The notes: generated by a model from the letters alone, not told the origin. Shown: positions 24,442 through 38,644, counted from the first letter of the stretch. The stretch is 64,000 nt of DNA from Zancudomyces culisetae HAW-14-8 (GCA_052426225.1 JBNJNM010000015.1:868001-932000), one strand, 5' to 3'. A program made the numbers and translations.

Positions 24442-25719
24442 TGTTATTGTTATTATTATATATTAGCCTTGTGTTTGTCGATTATTAAAAGGAGATAAGA
24501 ATAAGTGTAATTAGACATTTTAATGATGGAACTGCTCTGTTTATATAGTATTTCCTACATAATCATGAATCAATTCCACCTATAATTCACCGCTGATTAA
24601 AAATGGAAAAGAGTAAAACTTGATGAAACCATAAACACTGTTGAATATTGTATTTACCATCTTTGTTTCATTTATCAGAAATATTGGAATGTATTTTTCT
24701 TTGTGTTTTCAAGCAATCAAATCTCAACCCCAAGAAATATTTGGTGTAGATTGTAAAATATTCATCTTTGTAGATTATTTGCAAGTAATTTACGTAGATT
24801 AAAAGTGAATATTTGTTGGCAAAATAAACAACCTGACCAATAGATATGCCAAGTGAAGGCAAAATACATCTTGAGAATCATCAAAACCGAAAGCCATGTA
24901 ATATTCATTTCTTAGAGCAAATAAAAACCAAACAAAACGAATAGATCTACTGAATAGTGCACTGGAAATCTTTAGGTCTCTCATGGTTGGAATTGTATAA
25001 GATGAGCTGTTTTTTTTATGGTTTGGTTTTATCTGCCAAGAGCACATCTCAGTCAGGTGGTATGATATGTGCCACACACTCCAGCACAAGTATGGTATTC
25101 AATTAATACAACATGCTTGGTCGATGCTTGTACCAACACAAGTAATTAAGGATATTGAAAAGGATAGCTAGTGTTATTATGTCAATGAGCAGTCCGATTT
25201 TGGTACACGTAGTACTTTCTGTACTTAGAAGGTTAATCTATATTTTTTGCTAGATGGATTTATCAAATAAATACCACGATAGACTAATAATAAAAATAAT
25301 CCTACATAATATGAATCTACACCCACCAGGTGTTAGTTCAAGGTATTTATCCAGTCTTGACAGTATTATTTCCAAGGAGTCTACCTACAAAAAAAAAAAA
25401 TTCTGTAATACTTCAACTCCTGTATTTAAAACATCTGAAATTCGTTCCAAGAACAATTACCGCGGTACTACCCATCTTATGCAGACCAGAAAAATATGTT
25501 CAAAGGTTTTTTTTGTTCTTAAAAGCCACCATTTATCTATTAAAATGCATAAGATGCCTTTTTTCACATTAAACTGCCTCCTTTGAATCGCAAGTATATT
25601 TGTTGAAATAGTTCATATACGCCAATTTTATTAATTCTTGATTTCAACTTCCCATATTCTGAATAAACTCGAACAATTTGAGATAATTTAGGTCGTTCGC
25701 AACTTTCATTATTTATTCC

Positions 25720-26577
25720 CTGTGCGCACCTGGATCAGCATCATACTCTATCAACAGGTTGATAATCTCCACAATCTTATTTTTGGCAGCCTCTTTAAGC
25801 TCACACCTCCAATTTAGCACCAAATTCGGATTTTTTTTTTTCAACAAAAGCTTCAACATTTCCAGATTATTATCCTTGCTCCTTTTTCAAATAAACATCT
25901 TTGAATATTTGGGTTATTGGTACTACATGTCAGGAGAACAAAATATACCAGCTATTACTTAAGGAAACGATATCCTTCAAAAGCAATTTATCTGCCTCTA
26001 ACTTGCTTTTCCAAATGGCAGATGCAAGTAAGTAGGATACACCACCAATCACTGGGCAACAAGCTAGAACTAACTGTAATATTTCAATATAGTCTAGATT
26101 TAAATATTCTCTAAGCTTGATTTTATATTTATCAGCTTTTGCACCATGTGTCAATAATGGTCTGATTATCATCAACACTTTTTGTTCTGAGTACTAAATT
26201 TATAATATCCGAGTTGTTCTTAGCATTTAGACCATTTTCCAAAAGCATCTCCACTATTTCTATGTATTAAATTTGCACACCATAACTTGATATTTAAGAA
26301 TCACCATTGAGATCGATGTTACAAGTTAATAGTAATCTCAATTCTTCAATATTGGCTGCTGCAACTACTGCCTTTATCCCATCCCACCAGATCGCTATTC
26401 TGGGTGGGTTTACCCCTTTCAAACAGGGTTTTAAAAACTCTGAACTCTTCAAAACTAACAGAGTTTTTATGGCCCACTGAAGAAGCATTCTTCTTTCATC
26501 TTGATTAGTATTTGCATCGTCGTCCCTTTTTTCGCTCACTCCTATACCATCATAATACTTGAGCATACTTTTTATCG
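25720..26577 (-). pseudogene. Frameshifted, stop-riddled 3' continuation of the ankyrin gene
   Basis: A shifted frame resumes ACTSRNFLTIKSMLKY. Later ankyrin units (IEIVEMLLENG; LKEAAKNKIVEIINLLIEYDADP at ~25725-25800) are separated by stops and frameshifts. Confidence 0.75.
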
Positions 26578-28998
26578 TCAAAAAATTCCTACTAGTACAC
26601 GCACATCTAACTGATTTTGACGAACGCCTTTTATCGCAGCATTGTTATCCAAAAGATATTTCAGAATCCTCTTGAGACCCAACCTAAATGCGACTCTGAC
26701 TCCATTACGCTCTGGGTCACTTAAATCAACTCCATTCTCTACCAATGCTTTAACCATACCAAAGTTACTCAATAAACATGCTCTGTTAATGCAGGAACGT
26801 TTTGGAATCTTTGGTACCACACCACCATTCTTTATCCAGTATTTCAACACATCAACCTTATCTGATTTACAAGCCTCCTCAAACCCATCCGATTTTCCAC
26901 TAAATTTCGCACCTTTACTGATAAAGTAATTTATCCAATCAATATCACCTGCTTCGTATGCTGTTTTCAAAATTAGACTATCAGCTGAATTGACATCCAT
27001 TCCACACTCTATCAATAGTTTAAGAAATTCAAAGTTTCGGTTCACCAATTCTAATTTTACTATCTCATAGTGTCTATCATTCAACATTTCAATATCATTT
27101 TCGTGTTCCAACTCATTAGATTCATCGTATTCTGTATCATTGAATACGCTTTGCGGATTATTTTCAATGATATAACCTATAATTTCAACAACTTTATAAA
27201 AACGGGCTCTTATATCATCTTCTGGTATTATGAGAGCGGAATATACCGATAAATACGACAAAATAAAACCAATGATATCTTTTCTTTTTGAGTTTATCTC
27301 TACCATTATATCCAAATATAAATTCAGTTGTTCGAAAAAGTCCTCGAATCCCACATATCTACTTGCATAGGGGTCGCAATAACGCAGAGATGCCCAAACG
27401 AGGCATAGAATTGTTTTGTTGAATTTGGGTCTCTTTACAGCCTTGGTCTTGCTTCCTACAGTTTTGGTTTCAATTCTATTTTTCCACATATCTGAAAACT
27501 CAAGTAGTCGCTCCGATATTTGATAATTACAATCATAACATAACCCTTCAATGGTCTCTTGTGCGCTTGAGTTAACAGAGATACCATTTTCCAAGAGCAA
27601 CTGTAGCATATTCATATCTCTATTTCTGCTAGCAAATACAATTCCCTTGAACTCTGGTGACTTTAAGTCTACCCCAGCTTCGATCAGTAAATTGGCGATT
27701 CTGATACTCCCGATTTTTACTGCTTCCTCTAGACAGAAAATGGTTACAGTATTTGGATAATTATTGATAATTACTTGTGCCAATGAATAGTCGTTTTTCT
27801 TTATAACTGTTATCAGAGCATTTTCATCTAGATCACCTTTCAGTCTATCACTGTTCTCTACCAAAAGTCTAATAAAATCGATAATATCCGGTTTATATGC
27901 TAATTCTGTCATTTTTCTGATATTTTCCGAGTTCAACTCCACATCGAGCTTATACCTTTTTACTAAACTTCCCTTTTTGTGGTGTATAGCTGCATCAAAT
28001 AGTATCTGTTTGTAGGTGCTATTGGAGTAATTATCCTCAAGGTATTTTATCAGTTTTTTCTTTTCCCAATAAATCGAAAAGTATGAGCATGCAATATAGA
28101 CCAAAAAATCCATTTTAGTTGTGTATCCATATTCATCAATAAAATTAACAAGTCTCCAAAGTGTGTCAACGTAAAACTCATTTTTAATCCGTTCCAGTCT
28201 CCGAAAAGAAATAGATGCATTGGTTTTCAAATACAAAACTCGTACTAACTGCTCAAGGTTACCCAATTTGCAGATTTTATCTGTGCACTCCAATATGCAA
28301 AATACCATAAATACGCTATCAATAAATTTAGCCTCCCTCATAACAGTACTGTATAATTCTTGAGGAAGCTCAATATTGCTACAGCAAAGGTCTACCAAGG
28401 CCTTCACATTCTCTTTATCAAAATCTCGATCTGAGTAGCGTAAGTGTAGCCATAATTCCTTCAGTGTCGCTACTAGTGGCCTTATATAAAGAGATTCAGA
28501 TATCTTGATATCTGTTAATTCTTTTTGTGATTCGTTCTTTTTTGAGAAAAAACAACCAGTGTCAATATCTAAGTATTCGCCCTCATTCATAAATAAATTA
28601 CCCTTATGTACAACCGTTGAAGTATTCCTGTCAATCACCACGTACATTTTGAGTAGTTTACTCAGTATGTTTCTCCACTTGTACTTGATTGCCAATTCTA
28701 GAGCAATTTCATAGTTCAAGTTCTTGATTTTACTCAGAACTAGCATTCCAACGGTTTCATTCATACTAATTCTGGTATATTTATCATATACACTTTTTAA
28801 ATTCGATTCAGGACTGTCTTTTTTATTTGACAAGACATATTGTAGTATGTACTCAACAATAGTTTCCACTCTTTGAGAGGCTTTGTACATATTTTTGTTC
28901 AAGAGTGATAGTTGAGGGTTTTGAGCAAACACAAATATTTTTGACAAGATACTTGCTGGAAGTTTGTTGAATACATCGTCGTTATTGTTGTTATTCAT
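26578..28998 (-). CDS. Ankyrin-repeat protein with N-terminal F-box-like motif, truncated by frameshift
   Basis: LPASILSKIFVFAQNPQL at the N-terminus; multiple ankyrin units (LEEAVKIGSIRIANLLIEAGVD, FEFLKLLIECGMDVN, GMVKALVENGVD). Confidence 0.8.
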   Translation of the reverse strand: MNNNNNDDVFNKLPASILSKIFVFAQNPQLSLLNKNMYKASQRVETIVEYILQYVLSNKKDSPESNLKSVYDKYTRISMNETVGMLVLSKIKNLNYEIALELAIKYKWRNILSKLLKMYVVIDRNTSTVVHKGNLFMNEGEYLDIDTGCFFSKKNESQKELTDIKISESLYIRPLVATLKELWLHLRYSDRDFDKENVKALVDLCCSNIELPQELYSTVMREAKFIDSVFMVFCILECTDKICKLGNLEQLVRVLYLKTNASISFRRLERIKNEFYVDTLWRLVNFIDEYGYTTKMDFLVYIACSYFSIYWEKKKLIKYLEDNYSNSTYKQILFDAAIHHKKGSLVKRYKLDVELNSENIRKMTELAYKPDIIDFIRLLVENSDRLKGDLDENALITVIKKNDYSLAQVIINNYPNTVTIFCLEEAVKIGSIRIANLLIEAGVDLKSPEFKGIVFASRNRDMNMLQLLLENGISVNSSAQETIEGLCYDCNYQISERLLEFSDMWKNRIETKTVGSKTKAVKRPKFNKTILCLVWASLRYCDPYASRYVGFEDFFEQLNLYLDIMVEINSKRKDIIGFILSYLSVYSALIIPEDDIRARFYKVVEIIGYIIENNPQSVFNDTEYDESNELEHENDIEMLNDRHYEIVKLELVNRNFEFLKLLIECGMDVNSADSLILKTAYEAGDIDWINYFISKGAKFSGKSDGFEEACKSDKVDVLKYWIKNGGVVPKIPKRSCINRACLLSNFGMVKALVENGVDLSDPERNGVRVAFRLGLKRILKYLLDNNAAIKGVRQNQLDVRVLVGIF

Positions 28999-31804
28999 TC
29001 TTTCATAATTCGAGTCGTTCTTATTTTCTTTCCTTTAAAGTTTAATTAGTTTGCTAGTGGATTAAAGTAAAGAGGAAAGAATAAACTCCGAATGATAGAA
29101 TCAAATTGGTTTTATTCTATTTTTTTCTTATTTTTTTTGATTTATTTACCTAATCATTGAGTATTATTCAAGTTGTCATTCGCTTCCATTTGATAAATTC
29201 AACAAAATCATTTGTTTATTTTATTGCACATAATTACCAAATAAATGCAATATATAACCATTGATAATTCAGATTATTGGGTATTACTGTTAGATTTACA
29301 TCAAACCAGAATGCTGGTCTATTTTCAAGACAATAATTTATTCACCTTTGTAGATTTATGGATGATTTGCTAATCAATCAAAAAAAAGTAATTAAAAGTA
29401 TATAAAGAGAGTTCAAATACATTTGTTCAACAACCAAGAAATACTCCAGTTGAGTACATGCATTAAAGTTATTGTGTTTTTATCACTACCTAACTGAATA
29501 CAAATTAACTAAACGATTACCAAAAAAAAAGTTGACAAACTTTAAAACAAGCAATCTGCCTGTTAATGTATTACCTGGAACATGTTTATTCTTCACAGAT
29601 CTCACGAGATAATTCGGTAGGCAGGTGTATATAACGGACTTCACACAATCACAGTAACATCCGTTATTATTTATTGAAATATACTAGAACCATTAAAGTA
29701 CTTTTATTTTACGCCAAGTTGTATAATCAGTTGAATAATATTCATTTCTTCGATTAAACAAAGCGGTTGTTGCACTGGTACTAAAGAGAATAAAAGAATA
29801 AGGATATAAGAGAGTATTGAAGTTCAAATAGGATATGGTTGGAGAGGTATATTAATTTTGATCAAATTGGTGATAATAAATATCCAAAAACTGGTTTGTT
29901 AAAGATGCTGAAGTGTTGAATTAGATATAAACTACTTTATACTCAGTAAAATAAAACTTGTGATTCTTGGATATACAGAATACAATATAATGAGAAAATG
30001 ATGGCAGTGGGTAGTTTCAAATATTATCTCACATCAGACATAACGTGGAAAGTTAAATTATATGCTTTTAGATGTCAGTTCAAAACGACCTACTAAACCA
30101 AAGTAAATGATCGATAAAAAACAATGACTGGAAACTATAATGACATCTTTTATGAACAATATTTCTTACAGCAGTTTTATACAAGTCACTAAATGACAGG
30201 TTTTTTAATAAGTATTTTGAAGCTTATAATGACTAAAAGTAGCAGATGGATGGAAGATACATATAAAAATTCTTTAGTTTTTTTAAAAAATAAACCCTAC
30301 TTTTAAAAACACAGTACTATACAAAATAATAATCACTAGAATAGACTACGTAAACACATACCGATGAGGATTGATTACGGAATGTGATAGATCGGTTGTC
30401 ATAAAATTCACTGGTATATTAGTTTTCATTATACATTAAAACTTTAAAAAACACTCTTCTTAATATTTTCTCGAGTACCCAAATTTTAATACGGGACGCA
30501 AGGCATTATTCAAATTAATATTAAAGTAAAGGAGTGGGAAAATATGAAAACAAAATTTCATATTATTATAACAATCATGACTCGATAACTAAAAATGACA
30601 ACTATTCTGATCATGAAAAGTAACAAAAGCCAATATTAATAAGTAATTATGGAAAATTAGATTAAAATAGTTTTTATTCATTAATATATAAAAAGTTTAA
30701 ATAAGTACAAAATGAACTATGGGAAATGAAAGGAAGAATGAAGCAATCTAACAGTACAGAAAACCAAATGGATATAGTAGAACGATTAAATATAGTTATG
30801 TGTAGCAATTTGAAATAAAGATATATATAATCAAACGAAGACTAATTAGAGGATTCCCTAGCTCTTTTAATAGTTTTGTTAGAGAAAGAAGATTAAAATA
30901 AGTAAATGTTAATTATGAACTGAAGTTCAGGTTTGAAATAATGCTACGGCTAGTTAATAAATATTAAGTGTAAAGACAAAAACAAAAACTGTTAAAATCT
31001 CACATCAAACACGTTAGGCTTCATTAATAAACTAAGAACCGCATTTATCCAGACAGCTAGAGATGAGGTATGATACTCATCTGGTAGCGATACATTTCCC
31101 GGTATCATAGATCATGCTTTTTTACAAATGAAAGAACCCGACATAAAATGGGGTTATGCCGAATCCCATTCAACAGTGGGTACTTGTTTAAAAAAAGATA
31201 TAGTCAGAACATTTTAACTTTATATTTGGGTTTTAGGTATAAGGTTATCTTTGACTAGTTGAGAAATATCATTACTGGGATACGACTTTTCTGAAATATT
31301 GAATCCAAGTTATAAGTCTTGAACTCCTTATGAAAAATCAATTTAGTTTTTATTAGATGAAATCCTACTTGTATCGACATTAAAATTCTTCACAGTTTAT
31401 AGAATGTGATTGAATAATATGATATTCAGATGCAATAATAATTCACCATATTCTCATCCATACCTTACTCAGAATGTTAAAAAGTTGACAGTAAATAAGG
31501 AGTATTAACTTATTTAGTTTATTTTATTTTGTGTAAGATCTGCTTTGATAGATATTTTAATATCATTAATATAGACTTGGATTATTATTTAGCTTCACTT
31601 TAATAAATTGGTTGATATAAACAAAGATTTGATCTGAATAAGTGGAGATAATAGTTTTATTAACGGCTAAATTGCACCATAAAAAAGTTACAAAAAATCC
31701 TAAAGAAAATATATTTCAAAGAATGTAAACGAATACATTATGCTTTTGTCCGTGCTTTGCAGATCCTCATTACTAGTAGAAGCTTGTTCTGATCCTTTTC
31801 TTTG

Positions 31805-32287
31805 TCAGTTGCTGGGCTCCATAGGATATTTTAACTTTAATTCGTCTTGTTTTAACTTGATATCAAGTTTATAAATCTCCGAGTTAGCTTTTATCCTATT
31901 TTCCTCTATTTTTAGTCTCTTTTCAAAGACTAACTTATTAAATCTTTCGTATTCTAGTTGCTTATTCTCATATTCGGTCTTTAACTGTTCTATCTTGAAT
32001 CTCCTTACTTTTTCATTTTTTTCATTTTCGTGTTTAATCTTCTCAATCTCTGCCCTCCTTACTTTTTCTCTTTCTTGCATTTGGTGCTTTAACTTGCTGT
32101 ATTCTGCATTTATTTCCTGTTCTCTATCCTTGCGGGCATCTTCTTTATCTTTTCGAGTTTTTTCATTCTTCACCTGAATTTTATGTATCTTGTATGCGTA
32201 ATACGCATAAAGACTCACACACCAACATAAAGCTATACATGGAAGTATTTCCAATCCTACGTAACTATTCCAAAACGATTCAGTCAT
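31805..32287 (-). CDS. Small single-pass membrane protein with charged coiled-coil (family member 1 of 3)
   Basis: MTESFW...ILPCIALCWCVSLYAYYAY TM segment, then E/K/R-rich heptads. The upstream in-frame ATG (32410) lies in a likely 5'-UTR intron conserved in the paralogues. Confidence 0.6.
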   Translation of the reverse strand: MTESFWNSYVGLEILPCIALCWCVSLYAYYAYKIHKIQVKNEKTRKDKEDARKDREQEINAEYSKLKHQMQEREKVRRAEIEKIKHENEKNEKVRRFKIEQLKTEYENKQLEYERFNKLVFEKRLKIEENRIKANSEIYKLDIKLKQDELKLKYPMEPSN

Positions 32288-33466
32288 ATTTTCAGAAATA
32301 AAATCTAAAAAAAGTATTAATTCAGGCTTTAAAGATATAAAGAAGATGATGTTTGTTAGCTTCATTATCGTGGTTGACGATGGTCTTTTTTTATCTGAAC
32401 TGGTTAGCATTTTAGTACCGGTGAAGTTTTTATTTCTGTTGTAGGTATATTCTGTAGTTGATTTTCATTATAATAAATAGACTTGGAGTTTATAATGCAA
32501 AATATAATGGACTTTATTGTTTATACTCAAACTTCAATGATTTTAAAAAAAGGATAAAGCATTAGCTTGATATCAATAAATATTTCAATAAACTCTTAGT
32601 GAAATGAATAAGGAAATGTATTGTACCTGGTAGAAAAAAAAGGAATAACTTTTGAAATGTAATGTTCGAAATACAGTATAGTTGTTTAGATTGATTTTAC
32701 TGTAGTGTTACAAATGCAGTATGTGTTTAGTATTAGTAAATTACTCATCAAAGAAAGTTCCACTTTTTTTGTTAGTGTTGAAAGGAATGGAAAATAAAAC
32801 TTATTAGTTTAATATTTTTTAACCAGCTGACTTACATTTGGTAAACCATTATTCAGGTTGATGTAATTTAGTACTGAGTGCCAAGTACTACAATTCATTT
32901 TTCATTTTTTGGAAGAAATTAATAAAAGTCATTGAATATAGTTTTAACTTAGTATCATGACCCGAGTTTGTTAAGTTAAAAGGCACAATTAATTTAGTTG
33001 TAAAAATCAATGTGATTATGGATGTTGAACTAAATAGCAAATACACCAAATAATGCTATGAGTTGAATTTCATTATAACTAAAGACATAGAGCTGACTCC
33101 ATGAATATAAAGGATGGCGGTATCTATCACCACTATGCATTTTATTTTTATTCAACTTTTCAAATCTTTCTTTTTCGTGGCAATGCAAAAGCTCCGAAAC
33201 TTCCAATAGTTCATATTCAACTATCTGAATATTTCCTAATCAAATGCAAATATTTCATCACAACCACTGGATATATAATAGTTTGTTACACATACATTAA
33301 ATAATACTCCATTAAACGCAAATCCAAAAAAAATAAAAAGAGAAAAAAAATAGTTTGCATACTAGAACCAACTAAATTCTAAACAGAAAAGTTGGAATTA
33401 AAAAAGAAAAAGCAATCTAATAATTGCATCACTTCTACAATATATTTACGAAAGCGATCAATGAGG

Positions 33467-36400
33467 TTAGACAGATATCAACTTGATGGTATTCCCAGAA
33501 GCCACAGCTAAAACAGTGTACAAAAAGGAATGTGTAAGACTAACACTCTTTGATGGTATCAATGGGATTCTTGGGTCCATGTGTGATGAATTTCTGACTG
33601 GCATCGCTATTATACCCACGATATAAATTGGAAGTGAGGTTTCTACCATTGATACCACTGATATTTTTAGAATATCTGTATTTACGAGATTGCTGTTATT
33701 TACACTAGTGCTGGTATTTAGAGGTGTAGTTGCAGTTGCATTTGCAGTTGCACTTGTATTCACAATGTTGTTAAAGTTGGAAATAGAATCGACATGTCAA
33801 GAATAGTCACAAGGGGTTCCGCTTTGAACAAGTTTGATTGGCTTGATAACAATAAATCCAATATTGGTATCAAAATGAAATCTATTAAATGGGCAATCAC
33901 GCAAAGAAGCATCCAAATTATTCGAGGCGGCAGGATTCATATTAGCAGCCATACAATTGACGGACGGATGATCGGAAAGTGGGTCAAAGGAAGAATGAGA
34001 AGATACATCGTCAGCATATGTTGTAGGTTCAACAAGGGGTGAGGAAGCGCTGTGGTGTTGAAATTGGAGAGGAAGCAAGTCGAATAAGGGTGCAGGGTTA
34101 AAGTCTATACAGATATCAGAGACGGAATAAACGACAGTATTTGGAGGAGAATATTAAGCCAAAAATTTGGTTTAGGATTGATATTTGTAGTATGATGGTA
34201 GCTCAATTGAAAGGTTTAGAGGTAAGTTCATTGATAAAATGTTGAGTTTTTGAAGGTAGCTGGGGATAAATAAAGAAAAGGATGGAGAGTTTAAGAGGTA
34301 GAAAGTCGGGAGTAACAAAGCGCTACCATCATTATTATTGCCAATATTCTTACTACTATTTTTATCGCTACAGCCGCTAATGGTGCCAATACCAACACTA
34401 CCAACAATATTGGTATTGGTATTATTTTGTTTTTCACTAGTCAAAGCCAGTGAATGTTTGTTTACAGAAGAATCAATGTTCTGATATTCAGGCTTTGTAT
34501 ACAACGTGTTACCAAACAAAACAAACAAATCAAATGTCCAAAACTCCCAAGAAAATTGAGAAGAGGAACAGTAGCCAACCGCATTGTTACCACCTAAACT
34601 GCCATTTTGAGCGCCACCAGCCTTAGAACCTTTGCTCCTAGATGAATAACCTGCTTTGCTACTAGACAGTTCAAAGTCATTTGGAAGTCCAAGATGGCCT
34701 AGTTCGCCAAAAGTATTGCTGTTGTTGGTCGCTTGAAAATAAATATCAGTATCACCATAATCTAAAAAATCCCATCCCCTGATAATGTTGTAAATGACTT
34801 GGATGAACTTAAACTTGGGCTGTTTTTTATGTTACGATTCATTTTTTTGGTAGAAAATGAGTAACTTGATGATATTGAAAATGGTGCAGTATATCAGCTT
34901 AAATAACGCACAAAACCAGTACCACGCATCAGAGACAGGTTGCCCTAACGGTGAAGCATTTTTCTTGATGAAGAATCAATGGTACTCTCATATGGTGAAA
35001 TTACATAATCCTCTACTGTAGTATTGGAGCTCAATTTGAGTTTATTGCTTTTGTGGTTGTGTTCATGTTTGTGTTTAATTTTTGGATCGTGATAAATCGA
35101 GACGAATTAAATCCACACTATCTTTGGTATCGACTTTTCTTATTATTGCAAGTGTGGAATGTCACCATACCACCCATTGTCAACCCCAAGAGTCCAAAAC
35201 ACAGGGCTTTTGCTTTTTTGTCCAGGATGTTTTAACTAGGAACCAATCCTTTACGGAACAAACTCCCATGGTCTCTTTGAAAATCTACAGCAAAATTTCG
35301 GAACTTTGGATAGTTTGGCGTATCTACCATATCAATCAGATATACGAAATTACTGGAATTGACTTTGCTGCTATCACTGGTGTTGTATACCCCTATTTTT
35401 TATGACTGTGAGATGGCTGCCACAAATTACGAATCGTTACTAAGAATACACGCGCCAACTATTCCCTCTTGAAATATTTGTGGATCAAAATACTTGACAG
35501 GAACACCAGACCTACTAATTTGGCTAAACATTGCCTCACCCATTTCTGTTCTGAAGGATTCTATAATACTTTGAACCAAACTCACACTTGAAAACCGTAA
35601 TTCATCGAATCCACACAAATTGGATCTCAATACACCTACACATACACTCGAGATTGAACACAAATACCTTGCTGTTTTTTTCTGTGTCACCACCCTCTGG
35701 TATTCCATCATTTTTTCTATTCTTGGTCAAACTATTTTTTAACTGTGTACTTGAAACTCTCTCTTCCGCACTTTCCCATTCCTGGTCTTTTTACTTCCCT
35801 TTACTACCGCCACTAACTGTCTCTTGCTTCTTCTGTACAATCGATTCAACACCTAGGCTCCTAAAATTCTGCATAGTTATTCTATCAACTCCAAGATCCC
35901 ACCTAAGTATTGACCCATTTTCACTTATCACCACTATGTTTTTGTCACTTCCATCGCCTCCACCAATAGCTACACCGATTATATCCATTGTTAGCTCCTC
36001 AGCATTTAGACTGATTTCAAATTATATTTTTTTACTCAACCTGTCATACTCAATTGTACCAGGCTGTTTCTTCTCTCTGTAACTAAAAAAACTCTCAAGC
36101 CCTCTTCTTTGAATTGGAAGGCTTTCATTCATCCCAAGCGCCTTGTTTTTCAAAATATTCTGGATCGTGCTAAATCTCACTTGTTGCGCTCCCACTGCAG
36201 TATTACCCTTAGCTCCCTATTCTTCGATTGACTTTAAATTGGTGTTGGACTGTGCATCTTCTCCGTGGTCGCCATGAAATTCGCTTCCTCCACCGTACTT
36301 ACCAAAGTATTTTTTGAACTGATTCCCAACTTTACGAATTTTCAAATATTTCCCTGTGCTTACTTGCTCCAAGCAAACTTGAGTATCTCTCAAATAACCA

Positions 36401-36471
36401 CTCAATCAGAATTAGGCCTAATATTACCTTTAGAACCAGTAAAAGGTAATCGTCAGTAACTCAAAATTCAT
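33467..36471 (-). pseudogene. Decayed F-box plus beta-propeller (WD40-like) gene
   Basis: Across frameshifts: MNFELxDDYLLLVLK...LEQVS...W...FKKYFG (F-box-like) and propeller-like segments (IVVISENGSILRWDL, ACILSNDS*FVAAISQS*KIGVYN, LAVASGNTIKLI). Many stops over 3 kb. Confidence 0.5.
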
Positions 36472-36869
36472 CTTTTATTGTCTGTACCAAATTCAGTTCA
36501 TTACATTATACTCATCATGTTTATTTTTAAGAATCTGGAAAAATAAAACCGGGAGTTTCGATTGATTTTCAAAATTCTATTTACTATTTGCATTAGGTTT
36601 TTTAGCCTGTAAGTATTATTCCTTTAATTAGCAGCTTTGGCAAGAAAAATAAATAAAAACAAAATTTTAATTTGAGGATGATGAAGGTGGGAGATTGATA
36701 GTCATTTTATTATATATTTTGTGATTGATTAAGTTAGGGTTATTTAAGGAGTTTATACTCATTAAAAAAATCATTAAAGTAAATATAAAACAAAATAAGC
36801 AAAAGATATTTTAACAGCTTATTGGCCTTGATAAAAGGTTCAGGTTTTATCATTTATCAGTTTTCTGAA

Positions 36870-37365
36870 TAATCAAAACCGACACTATCACCTTTTGCAT
36901 GTTTCGACCTTAGTTCCAGTATTTTTATCCGAATTGCAGCATCGTGGTCCAAAATGTTGTTCTTCCTTCAAACTGAAGTTTAGCTCTTTCATCTTGAACC
37001 TTACTGTTTCCTTCTCCTTTTCTGCTTCAACTCTCGCAATTTTCAATTTTTTTAAAGTTCGATTCTGGCACCTTGATTTAAATTCTTAAACTGAAGCTTT
37101 GTGCACTCAAGTATAAGGCTCTGCACCGGCCAAGGAATAATCAATATAAATGAAGCATATTCTACAGTGACTAAATTCTCTACAACTAATGAATTATACG
37201 AGTGAATAGATAATCAAATATTATAATAAAGGTGATGTTTGTTAGTCTCTTTATCAAGTTTGAGGTGATCTTTTTATATTGAACTAGTTTCCATATTCAG
37301 TACTTGTGAATTTTTTATTTTGGTTACAGATATATGATATAGTAGTTCTTTTCAGTATAATAAAT
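36870..37365 (-). pseudogene. Degenerate paralogue of the 31805-32287 coiled-coil gene (member 2)
   Basis: Shared ~130-bp upstream block; residual EAEKEKETVRFKMKEL resembles ENEKNEKVRRFKIEQL; no intact ORF. Confidence 0.55.
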
Positions 37366-38434
37366 AATCTTGAAAAGTATATTCACAAATATAATGGTTC
37401 TTTGTAAGGAAAAAAAGTCAACTCAGCATCATTAAATTATTTGGAGTTTATGTAATATGTTCATTGAACAAAGAAAAGTACCAAAATCAATGAATGTTTC
37501 AACAACTCTTTGCCAGTAGAATGAGAGAATGTATTAGGTTTGGCAAAAGTAAAAGATGGAATGTTCTTTCAAAAAGTGATAATACTAATAGATTTATTTG
37601 CTTCTTTATGCTTTTATTATAACACTACCAATGTGGTGAAAGTTTAGCATCTTGAATTATTCGTTTAAAGTATTTCTATTTAGCTATTTTGTAAAATGAC
37701 CTTTGCAGCCTTTACTGGTTGAATTTTTACACCATTTAATATGTGTGTATCCAATTAATATAAATGACATTCAAATCAAGGCACAAAGAGAAAATATAGA
37801 TCTTTAGGTTAACCAAATTCATTGAACAAAGAGATAATACAAAGACCTTTATTTCAACTAGCGTCAAATCATAAAGAGATAACACAAAGAGCATCTATAG
37901 TGTGAATAGTGTCTTAGTAGGACAAATGAAATAGCAGAAAGGAGATAACAGTCTGAGTAAACATACTTGGGGTTGTTTTTTTATTGATAATAATTGTTAT
38001 TATTTTAGTTTTACTATTTTTGTAAATTTTGGACCGCTAAGAAAAATATAAAAAGGGAGACAGAGAACCGTCAGAAACGGTAGAGTAAGTTGTCTAGTGA
38101 ACTAAACCTATTTTATAGATAGTATTAGTTCCACTTGTTTCAACTTGAAGCTTTTTAAATAATTATTATTAGCCAAACGAAATTAACATCAGTCTTATTG
38201 TAGCAGGAAAAAAGAGGGGGGGCAGACAAATTCTTCATTTGGAGAATGGAGCTAGCGAGAGATTGAGGGCAATGTACATGGTTTGTAGCTCTTATCGGAT
38301 CGAAGGAAATGTTTGTTAATGAATAATTCAAAATCGTTAAAAACATTGATAAAAGGATTGAAAGCAAACGGCAAATGTCATTCTGGCTTTTAGATGTTGA
38401 GGGTTTGGCTTCTGTTTGGATTTATATCGCTTTC

Positions 38435-38644
38435 TTAGCTTGTCAACATCAGGAGCTCCCTTGTGATTTTATCAACCATATTATCCTGTCCCTTTTGTAA
38501 TTTTTCTTTCTCGAATTCATGTTTTTTTCCCTCAAATTCATATCTCCATTTCTCATCAAAGTAGTTTTTGATTTGTATACCTAAAATAATACTGAGTCCG
38601 AAATACTCGAACTTACTAATACTTTTAGGTATAAAGCCCTCCAT
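38435..38644 (-). CDS. Short or truncated paralogue of the coiled-coil membrane family (member 3)
   Basis: Same upstream block (38680-38830) ahead of an ATG, then a hydrophobic FGLSIILGI segment and an E/K-rich stretch. Confidence 0.45.
   Translation of the reverse strand: MEGFIPKSISKFEYFGLSIILGIQIKNYFDEKWRYEFEGKKHEFEKEKLQKGQDNMVDKITRELLMLTS

Noticed and set aside
31030-31200. Coding-like fragment (SGSDTFPGIIDHAF) within an AT-rich spacer
   Set aside because: Too short and interrupted by stops to assign to any family.
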